A DNA stretch of 20,000 bases. It comes from an uncultured virus (IMG/VR IMGVR_UViG_2061766007_001281) (lineage: Duplodnaviria > Heunggongvirae > Uroviricota > Caudoviricetes). Position numbers and translations under genes: made by a program. The notes beneath the pieces were generated by a model. The model saw nothing but the letters and a program-made list of their open reading frames with translations, was not told the DNA's origin and searched no databases. Location: IMG/VR virus record IMGVR_UViG_2061766007_001281, one strand, 5' to 3'. Of the stretch, positions 9,716-17,029 are shown piece by piece (positions within the stretch are counted from its first letter, which is position 1; each line of letters opens with the position of its first letter).

Positions 9716-11030
9716 ATGGATAAACAACTGACCGCCGTTGACTTCATCACTGAGATAGGTGATGACTACGGCATTTTCATGAACTCAGGTAACGGTGTCC
9801 GTCAGATGACGTTCAAGGACCTCAAAGGACACCTGACGGATAATGACGACCTGATACTGAACGAGCTGGCGTTCTATATGGACATCAACAAAGGCAGCTC
9901 CTTCTCATCCAACGCAGCGTCCAGGGTGGACGTGGGCGGTAACATGCACATGCGTCAGCTGTGGGAGGACGCCGGACGTTCCATCCTCATGGATGCCAAC
10001 GGTAACTACTGCGAGCTGAGTAAGCTGGATAGCCGTTACACCGTGGACGGCGAGTATATACTGACTGCCGAAGGTGCGCTCAAGAGCGCGTTCGCACATG
10101 GTGACATGATGAAGATAATTCCGCAGACTTACGGCCGTCTGCAGACCGTGGGAACCGGCGCAGGTCAGTTCATACGTCTGTGGCTGTCACTGGCTCCCCT
10201 GCCAGGCGGNNNNNNNNNNTTCAAGTGTTCTATTTCAGACAGCAAGCTGCGTTCACTGCCCGGTGTGGTGACGGCAGACACACATACCATCAAGAGCTTC
10301 TGGGATTTGGCACAGGCACGTTCCACCAACCACGGACTGGCCAACATGGACTTCCGCAATTACCTTATATTCCACATGATGTCCAAGTATGCATGGCGTG
10401 ACAGCCAGGCATGTAAGACCGGTGATAACAGCTTGGTATGGGGTGTGGGCTTGGACGGCTCAGAGAGTGCGTCTGACGCTTTCAACCGTCAGAAAGGTAT
10501 CAAGACCGGTGCCACACTCGCGCTGGGTGACCAGGACGGTAAGGCAGAGGTACTGGACAGCAACAGCGATACCGTACACTCAGTCAACGTAGCTGGTTTT
10601 GAGAACCCCTGGGGACAGAAATGGGAGATGGTACAGGGCCTCTGCTCCGTAGGTACGGACGTGTACTGCTGGCGTAGCAACTTCATGCCGTCAGAAAACC
10701 AGCCGACCGCAGCCACCTTCGTGGATGGTGAAGTGCAGATCGTGGAGCATGTCAAGCTGACACGTTCTACCAGACCGTCTAACACAGCTCCGCTGCCTAC
10801 CGCTATGAACATCGTGGCAGACGGCATACTGAAGGGTGTCTATTTCGTTCCTGAGACTACCAATACAGATATTGCCTATGGNNNNNNNNNNNNNNNNNNN
10901 NNNNNNNNNNNNNNNNNNNNNNNNNNNNNNNNNNNNNNNNNNNNNNNNNNNNNNNNNNNNNNNNNNNNNNNNTGCTTACTACGGTAGTTTGAACAAAGTG
11001 ACAACCGCACGATTCAAGCAGCTGGCATAA
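9716..11030 (+). CDS. DGR target protein: C-type-lectin (CLec/FGE-like) fold receptor-binding/tail fibre protein
   Basis: GFENPWGQKWEMVQG is the GxEN..GN.WE-type CLec motif. After gap 10882-10972 the gene ends (L)AYYGSLNKVTTARFKQLA* at 11030. Adjacent to the TR and RT. Confidence 0.85.
10882..10976 (+). repeat. DGR variable region (VR), almost entirely hidden in an N gap
   Basis: The largest gap (91 N) sits where the TR-encoded LWLFGG...ISARL segment belongs in the target. The first visible bases T-GCT match TR (CT)A-ACT with differences only at adenines, but only 4 nt can be compared. Confidence 0.7.
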
Positions 11031-11040
11031 CTTATTCAGG

Positions 11041-11064
11041 CCCGCGTCACTCAGGTGACGCGGG
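11041..11064. promoter_or_regulatory. GC-rich DNA hairpin/cruciform downstream of the DGR target (retrohoming cis element)
   Basis: Perfect 10-bp inverted repeat CCCGCGTCAC-TCAG-GTGACGCGGG, 10 nt after the target stop. No U tract, so a poor intrinsic terminator. Confidence 0.7.
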
Positions 11065-11173
11065 ACCGGAATATATTTTGAGAACATTGAATGTATTGTT
11101 AAACAGTTTTCTTTGAGACATCACAAAGAACAAATCCATTTTTCTCAGGGAAATGGTGGGCGTAGCGGTACTT

Positions 11174-11287
11174 AAGCTGTGGCTGTTCGGCGGCAACTCG
11201 AACAACGGTGCGAATTGCGGCCTCGCTTATGCGAACTCGAACAACGCTTGGACGAACTCGAACTCGAACATCTCGGCTCGCCTAACT
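11174..11287 (+). ncRNA. DGR template repeat (TR)
   Basis: Intergenic sequence reading LWLFGGNSNNGANCGLAYANSNNAWTNSNSNISARL from 11177, with 9 AAC and 1 AAT codons. Structural codons are A-free (TCG, GCG, GGC, CTC). This is the classic CLec DGR TR signature. Confidence 0.93.
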
Positions 11288-11498
11288 ATGTTAAGCAAGA
11301 AAAAACATCAGGATGCCAGTACTGCGTCATAGGAACGCATCCGGGTACCGTAAGCCTCGGCAGCGTGCGCGTATGTTAAGCACGTGATGGCCGAAACAAC
11401 ATTCACCTTGCGCGGATCAGGGCCAGCCCTGCCGCCTGTGACGTTAGTAAGCCGAAAGGATTTGAACACTTCACGCAGAAACGATAGCAAGAGTAAGA

Positions 11499-12920
11499 AT
11501 GAAAAGAGAAGGTCATATTTATGAGCAGATGGCCCAATGGGAGAACATCGTGGAGGCTGAGAAGGTATCTACCAGACGTAAGGCACGTAACATTGGAGTG
11601 AAACGACACGTAGCCAACCGCTGGCGTAACCTCACGGAGATACAACGACTGGTACTGGACGGAAAGATGTACACCGCAGAATACCAGCATGAGAAACGAA
11701 TCAGCGGACAGGATAAGGAGCGTGACATCGCAAAGCTCCGTTTTCATCCCTCACATATAGAACATCAGCTGCTCACTATGGCCGGAACACCGAGAGTGGA
11801 CAGGACACTGATACGGCACACATACGCGAGCCGTAAAGGATACGGACAGATTGCATGTGCAAGGTCTATCCGTAAGGTGGTACTCCGATACCGCGGACAG
11901 GAACGCTGGTATGCGCAGGGTGACATACGTAAGTACTATCACAGCATACAGCACACACTGATACGTAGTGATATGGAGCGTCTGTTCAAGGATAAGCGTT
12001 ACGTGGATGCTTTCATGGAGCCGTTCACACGTTTCGCACCTGATGGCGTGGGTATTCCGCTGGGTATCCGTCCCAGTCAGATAACAGGTAACCTGATACT
12101 GACAGGGTTTGACCATTACATGACCGAAGTGGTACATGCAGCCGATTACCGCCGTTACCTGGATGACTTCATGTTCACAGGAGCCACCAAAGGTGAGGTG
12201 AGACGTAAGATACGTATGGCGGAGGCATACCTGCAGAAGCGGTCCTTCTCACTGCATGAGCCGAAAGTAAGACGGCTCAGTGAGGGGCTGGATATGATGG
12301 GATACGTGTTCTATCCTGTACGTGACGGCATGTGGTGGAGACGTAAAGACAAGAGACGCTGGCTCAAACGGCGTGCCCATGTGCATAACCCCAAACGGCT
12401 GCGTGAACTGGATGATGCGGCGTGGGGTATGCTCAAATGGGGTAACAACCACGGACGTAGGATGTGGGAGAAGAAAACAGGCAGAGAGATAAAGATGGGA
12501 GTGAAGTATAAGAACAGCGGCATACAGAGGACGGAACGTGTGGACAGCAACGGCGTTCCGTTCATGGATGAGCCGCGTATGAGCATGCAGCCGTTACTGG
12601 GTAAGACGGTGGAGATTGACCGCTGGCTGAAAGGGGTATGTACCTCACAGGGGCCGGGCCGTTATGCGCTCCGTGTCCTGTTTATGGGTGACTGGTATAA
12701 GCTCATCGTCAACGCTGTGGAGATAAAGAACTTCCTTGATGATATGGAGAAGAACGGCGTGACACGTCTGAAAACCGTGTTCACGGATACCGGCTCACTC
12801 CATTACGCGGTGGATGAGAACCAGACGGAGATACTGGAAGTCAACGGCCGCAGGGTTATAGAGTATGAAGGTAAGGTGCTGTTTGAGGACACCAAGGAGG
12901 AAGTGGAATTCAACATTTAA
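11499..12920 (+). CDS. DGR reverse transcriptase with fused ~140-aa C-terminal domain
   Basis: Motifs HTYASRKGYG, QGDIRKYYHSI, GIPLGIRPSQ (DGR-type SQ), RYLDDF (YxDD at 12156-12167) and GLDMMGY. Lies 211 nt downstream of the TR. Confidence 0.95.
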   Translation: MKREGHIYEQMAQWENIVEAEKVSTRRKARNIGVKRHVANRWRNLTEIQRLVLDGKMYTAEYQHEKRISGQDKERDIAKLRFHPSHIEHQLLTMAGTPRVDRTLIRHTYASRKGYGQIACARSIRKVVLRYRGQERWYAQGDIRKYYHSIQHTLIRSDMERLFKDKRYVDAFMEPFTRFAPDGVGIPLGIRPSQITGNLILTGFDHYMTEVVHAADYRRYLDDFMFTGATKGEVRRKIRMAEAYLQKRSFSLHEPKVRRLSEGLDMMGYVFYPVRDGMWWRRKDKRRWLKRRAHVHNPKRLRELDDAAWGMLKWGNNHGRRMWEKKTGREIKMGVKYKNSGIQRTERVDSNGVPFMDEPRMSMQPLLGKTVEIDRWLKGVCTSQGPGRYALRVLFMGDWYKLIVNAVEIKNFLDDMEKNGVTRLKTVFTDTGSLHYAVDENQTEILEVNGRRVIEYEGKVLFEDTKEEVEFNI

Positions 12921-12932
12921 CATCATAACATT

Positions 12933-13346
12933 ATGAAGACAGGTATTTTACAGAGACGTTGGAGCGCACAGCTCCCGGAGGCATTTGACCGCGAGTGCCG
13001 TTACGTGCGTATGGACATCATCGCAGAGAGCCGAGAGGAGAACGGCGAGACCGTGAACGGATACTCCTATGTGGAGGTGCAGATAGACAAGCTGATTGAC
13101 TACGGACATATCAAGAGTCAGCTTATTGAAGCCGGTTATCCGCAGAAAGATGAGTTTGGACTGCTGATGAACGCGGTAAACGCATTCATAGGCTCCGTCA
13201 AGGGCGCAAGCAGCTGGGCTAACTTCAAGACTGCCGTAAATGAAGATGAGGCACTGGCTAAGTTCCAGGAGTTCTGCGAGTACCGTTCCATGTGTGCGGA
13301 TGCAGCCGCCACCGTGGTACAGAGCTATGCTAACATGATGCAGTAA
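12933..13346 (+). CDS. Hypothetical protein, possible tail-fibre assembly chaperone
   Basis: 137 aa: beta hairpin then helices (LIEAGYPQKDEFGLLMN...FQEFCEYRSMCADAA). Lies between the RT and the next tail gene. Confidence 0.5.
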   Translation: MKTGILQRRWSAQLPEAFDRECRYVRMDIIAESREENGETVNGYSYVEVQIDKLIDYGHIKSQLIEAGYPQKDEFGLLMNAVNAFIGSVKGASSWANFKTAVNEDEALAKFQEFCEYRSMCADAAATVVQSYANMMQ

Positions 13347-13362
13347 TCAAAGCAGGTAGGAC

Positions 13363-15789
13363 ATGACACGAAGAATCATATCAGGCCGTAACGCGGTGCG
13401 TTTCGTCAAAGATCCACCGCCAGGCGAGAAAGGTGACAGCCTCGTGAGTTTCACCGTCTATTTCAAGCTGACACGGACGCTGGAACCGCCGTCAACACTA
13501 TATGTGGATGAGGCACACGGCTGGTATGCCACCACCTCCGCGTCATGTCCGCGTGCCGCGACCGCCGAGTATCCGTTCCTGTGGGAGTATGACGTGTATG
13601 TCTTTGACAACGAGTCTCTCAACAAACAGGTGCTGAAACTGGCACAGACCATGCAGTCCGACATACGTCCTAACCTGCTGGAGCAGACGGCCTTTGAGCC
13701 GGGTTACATGGATAAATGGCAGAACGTAGGTCATAGCGAGGGTGCAATCAATGTGGACGTGCATAACGGTCATAACGCATACGGTCACATGCCTATCGCA
13801 CGGTGGCAGGACGGCAGTCAAAACTGGTATAACTATTACAACATGCTCGTCCAGCGTGTGATGAACGACCAGGAGGGCTGGACCAAACTCAAAGGTGATT
13901 CATGGTACACACTTTCCTTCTGGGCACGTACACGTATATATGAGAACGCCACAAGCAACCTATACGGCTTCAATTTCCGGACGCTACAATTGCATCCTGG
14001 CACATACCGTCTGACATTCAACGGTCACTGCTCTGCAGATGCGGTGAGTAAAGGCAACTACCTGGGTGTTGCTGTGTTCTTACAGGATGCACAAGATCAC
14101 TGGGTGAAGTCCTTATGCTCATGGTGGAACTCCAGCTCCATCCTGACAGAGACTGTAGATACGACCAAGACATGTCCAGGTACACTCACCATAACGGTAG
14201 AGGAGGAAGCAACCTATACCGCTAAGATAGGTTTCTATGCCTTTAAGAACGGATATGTCACTGGTGATCCGTTGGGTGACGTGACAATCAACTGGTGGAA
14301 ACTGGAGGATGTGTCGGATAATGACCACGGCTTGCTGAACGTATATTGTTACTCCAGCGTGCAGACCGAACCGCTGATGCCTGGTGCCACCTTCTTTGTG
14401 GATGGTAAGGTGATGGAGCATGCGCAGGAGATAGACGGCTGTACCGCGTTCCACCTGGCTGATGACGAGGGTGACAGCGAGGGCTGGACCAGACACTGGG
14501 TGGCATGGCGTACCAAGCAGGTGATACCGGAAGCCATACAAAACGTTCTGTGGCGCGGATTCAGGACCTACGTGGAGATAAGCCAGCCCAAGCTGGAGGA
14601 GGGTATCATGCCGACCGACTGGTGTCCTAATGACAACGATCCACAAGTGCATTACTCACATAACCCACGTGGTGACTGGTGGAGTACTCAAGCAGCACAG
14701 TTAGACGGTCATCCTGAGAAAGCGGTGTATCGTTATTACATGGGAATACGTGATGTTGTCAGGGCACGTACAGAGAACGCCAATGTCAAAACGTGGTTCC
14801 GTATGAAAAAACGTACCGATTCCAACGGATATACGTCAAATACAGAGCCGTATCTGGATACCGAACACTGGGAGAGAGCGTCACAGCTGAATTTCGCTGC
14901 ATCAGAGCTTATCATGGCGGAGCAGGCCGTGATAGAGAACGCTATCGTGCGTATGCTACGTACCAATGACCGTAACGGAGCAGATAAGAAATGCGTTGAG
15001 GTGAACGGCAATCAGATGTGTGTATATGACACCAACGGAAACCTTAAAGGTCGCTTGTGCGGTGAAAATATATCCAGTAGCGGTGTCGGACAAACACAGG
15101 CCGTGCCGACACTGAGTAACACAATGAAAGCCCAGGATAGGAACACTATCGAATATGAGGAGGATATTACTCTATGGAATTTTGAAGTCACTGCAACCAA
15201 CAACAAGGTTGTAATTCCTATGTTCCTTTTCCAGATGAGGCTCGCTGCAACAAAGATGTCACGATGCAGAGCTTATGCCTATCTCTATATGATGATAGAC
15301 GATACCGTATTGGAAGGTGACAGACGTAAACGCAGTTGGGACTATGGACAATTGCCAGTTGGGACTACATGGGAATATGGTGAATCTACCGGTTGGCTGG
15401 GAGAGCTGTTCAATTATCATGAGCTTAACCTATCGGTAGGACAGCACCGCTTACACCTTTACACCGCTGTTTACTTCCATGCCAATCAGGATTATCAAGG
15501 TCTCATGTTGTCATATCAGTACGGTCCCAATTCTTCCGGAGCGAACTATGTGTTGGATTATACCACTGATATTCTTGAGATAGGAGCCAACGGCTTGAAA
15601 GCTGTCTTTGGCAGTGCGCTCAGTATCGCTCAGTTCACCAAGGATAACAACGTATTGAAGATAGCGTTCCGTTCGCAGGGTTACGGCATAGAGATAACGC
15701 CGGACGGCATAAAAGTCTGGCTGAACAACACCGCCTACTGGCTGGGAAGGAACAACACCGGCCAGGCGACACTTACAGCTGTTACTTAA
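13363..15789 (+). CDS. Large tail/host-specificity protein with carbohydrate-binding-like (jelly-roll) domains
   Basis: 808 aa. Short collagen-like PPPGEKGD, and motifs PNLLEQTAF, WYTLSFWAR and PKLEEGIMPTDWCP typical of phage tail CBM-like domains. Confidence 0.7.
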   Translation: MTRRIISGRNAVRFVKDPPPGEKGDSLVSFTVYFKLTRTLEPPSTLYVDEAHGWYATTSASCPRAATAEYPFLWEYDVYVFDNESLNKQVLKLAQTMQSDIRPNLLEQTAFEPGYMDKWQNVGHSEGAINVDVHNGHNAYGHMPIARWQDGSQNWYNYYNMLVQRVMNDQEGWTKLKGDSWYTLSFWARTRIYENATSNLYGFNFRTLQLHPGTYRLTFNGHCSADAVSKGNYLGVAVFLQDAQDHWVKSLCSWWNSSSILTETVDTTKTCPGTLTITVEEEATYTAKIGFYAFKNGYVTGDPLGDVTINWWKLEDVSDNDHGLLNVYCYSSVQTEPLMPGATFFVDGKVMEHAQEIDGCTAFHLADDEGDSEGWTRHWVAWRTKQVIPEAIQNVLWRGFRTYVEISQPKLEEGIMPTDWCPNDNDPQVHYSHNPRGDWWSTQAAQLDGHPEKAVYRYYMGIRDVVRARTENANVKTWFRMKKRTDSNGYTSNTEPYLDTEHWERASQLNFAASELIMAEQAVIENAIVRMLRTNDRNGADKKCVEVNGNQMCVYDTNGNLKGRLCGENISSSGVGQTQAVPTLSNTMKAQDRNTIEYEEDITLWNFEVTATNNKVVIPMFLFQMRLAATKMSRCRAYAYLYMMIDDTVLEGDRRKRSWDYGQLPVGTTWEYGESTGWLGELFNYHELNLSVGQHRLHLYTAVYFHANQDYQGLMLSYQYGPNSSGANYVLDYTTDILEIGANGLKAVFGSALSIAQFTKDNNVLKIAFRSQGYGIEITPDGIKVWLNNTAYWLGRNNTGQATLTAVT

Positions 15790-15810
15790 TCACTAACTAT
15801 AAGTAAAACT

Positions 15811-16140
15811 ATGGTAGAAATGTTTTTGACGCTGACATTTGCGATAGCAGGTGTGGCAACGATGGCAAGTGAGGCCATTAAGAGAGTTATCAACACAGAC
15901 AACAAAGCCGTCAACGCGGTCGTCTCATGGGTAGTGGCAATCGCGCTCACCTATGGCGCGTGGTTTATCGGTTACACACCGGCTATCTCACAGCCTGCAT
16001 GGTTGTGGGTTCTGATTGAAGGTGTGCTTGTGGGCCTGGCTTCAACCGGTATCTATGACAAGGCCGTCATAAAGAAGATTTATGACTGGATATTCTCATG
16101 GATCAACGGCGAGAAGTGGTATGACAAGATTAAAGACTAA
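15811..16140 (+). CDS. Putative holin
   Basis: 109 aa, three hydrophobic helices, GLASTGIYD motif, charged C-terminus. Located at the end of the tail module. Confidence 0.65.
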   Translation: MVEMFLTLTFAIAGVATMASEAIKRVINTDNKAVNAVVSWVVAIALTYGAWFIGYTPAISQPAWLWVLIEGVLVGLASTGIYDKAVIKKIYDWIFSWINGEKWYDKIKD

Positions 16141-16148
16141 AGTGAGTT

Positions 16149-16254
16149 ATGGCAAAGAGCAGACGCAGCAGCAGCCGTGGCAAGNNNNNNNNNNCGGCCG
16201 CGTCCCATGGCAACCAAGATGGGTGTGACACGTAACGGACGCAGGACACACTGA
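16149..16254 (+). CDS. Very small basic protein (~35 aa)
   Basis: MAKSRRSSSRGK[gap 16185-16194]RPRPMATKMGVTRNGRRTH*. Fills the intergenic space; its stop overlaps the next ATG (TGATG). Not in the ORF track. Confidence 0.55.
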
Positions 16255-16623
16255 TGGACCGCAAGCGTGTAAACAGATATGCGGTATTGTGGATAAAGTA
16301 CCTGCCGATAGCGGCNNNNNNNNNNNNNNNNNNNNNNNNNNNNNNTCTTCGGCTTTAACTTTGAGGCCGTGGGCTACCTGTTCAACATTCTGGTGTTCAT
16401 AGGTCTGATACTGCTGTCATACGTGCTTCAGTTCTGTGCGTGGCACAGGTGTCTGATATGGTATGTGCTGGGCTGCCAGCTGCTTAACGCCTTTGACTAT
16501 TACATCGGGATACCGGTAAGCAACAAGGGATTCTTCATGATCCACGTGTTGCTTATCGGTATCACCATCATTGCACTGACTTATCATCATGTCAAGAAAA
16601 ACCAAAGAGGAGGAGCTGATTGA
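16254..16623 (+). CDS. Multi-pass membrane protein
   Basis: Starts MDRKRVNRYAVLWIKYLPIA, crosses gap 16316-16345, and continues FGFNFEAVGYLFNILVFIGLILLSYVLQFCAWHRCLIWY... About 4 TM segments. Confidence 0.65.
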
Positions 16624-16900
16624 TGTGCTGGACGGTGTGACCTCCGCTTTGAAGTCCGGCAACTCACATCTTTCGGACAGCCAGGCAGAGAGCGCGCTGG
16701 ATGCGCTTCATACGGTTATCAGTCCTGACGTGAGCAAATATGACGCGACACGTATCATGGGAGTGAGACGTACACGTTATGACGAGCTGGTAGCCGAGGG
16801 CCGTGCGCCCAAGGGTGAACACCGCATAGGGTTCAATGAGCTGCATTTCAACCGTCATAAGGTGGAGAAGGCAGCGAAAGAATATAACAGAAAGACATAA
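16589..16900 (+). CDS. Excisionase/AlpA-like winged-HTH DNA-binding protein
   Basis: C-terminal VSKYDATRIMGVRRTRYDELVAEGRAPKG...GFNELHF fits the MerR/Xis-like HTH pattern. Confidence 0.6.
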   Translation: MSRKTKEEELIDVLDGVTSALKSGNSHLSDSQAESALDALHTVISPDVSKYDATRIMGVRRTRYDELVAEGRAPKGEHRIGFNELHFNRHKVEKAAKEYNRKT

Positions 16901-16931
16901 CCGCTTGTAAATAGCTGATTTTGTTGTTAGT

Positions 16932-16982
16932 ATGGCGCTTTACGGTAATGATAGGATACCGTAGAGCGCCATCGTACTTTTG
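16932..16982 (+). promoter_or_regulatory. 16-bp inverted repeat abutting a Bacteroidota -7 promoter box
   Basis: ATGGCGCTTTACGGTA (16932-16947) and TACCGTAGAGCGCCAT (16957-16972), one mismatch, 9-nt spacer. TACTTTTG (TAnnTTTG) at 16975-16982, 47 nt before ATG 17030. Confidence 0.65.
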
Positions 16983-17029
16983 TGGCATAACCGGTTACAA
17001 TTCATTGTTTAACTAACTAAAAGTAGATT

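Larger units (their letters stand above)
9716..12920 (+). mobile_element. Diversity-generating retroelement cassette (target/VR - hairpin - TR - RT)
   Basis: Co-linear CLec target, hairpin, AAC-rich TR and SQ/YxDD reverse transcriptase. Confidence 0.92.

Noticed and set aside
11195..11270. AACTCG/AACAAC short repeats as a CRISPR array or microsatellite
   Set aside because: No repeat-spacer periodicity; fully explained by the Asn-Ser codons of the DGR template repeat.
11179..11379. 66-aa ORF over the TR as an accessory (avd) gene
   Set aside because: Off-frame reading of the TR repeats (LEQRLDELELE); too short and not Avd-like.
11499..12920. RT as group II intron, retron or Abi RT
   Set aside because: The SQ motif, adjacent AAC-rich TR and CLec target indicate a DGR. 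No HNH/maturase context, intron domain V or retron VTG motif was seen.
13363..15789. Second DGR target in the large tail protein
   Set aside because: No TR-like sequence (GG...CG...ARL) found by eye at its 3' end or elsewhere in the window. Remote targets outside the window remain possible.
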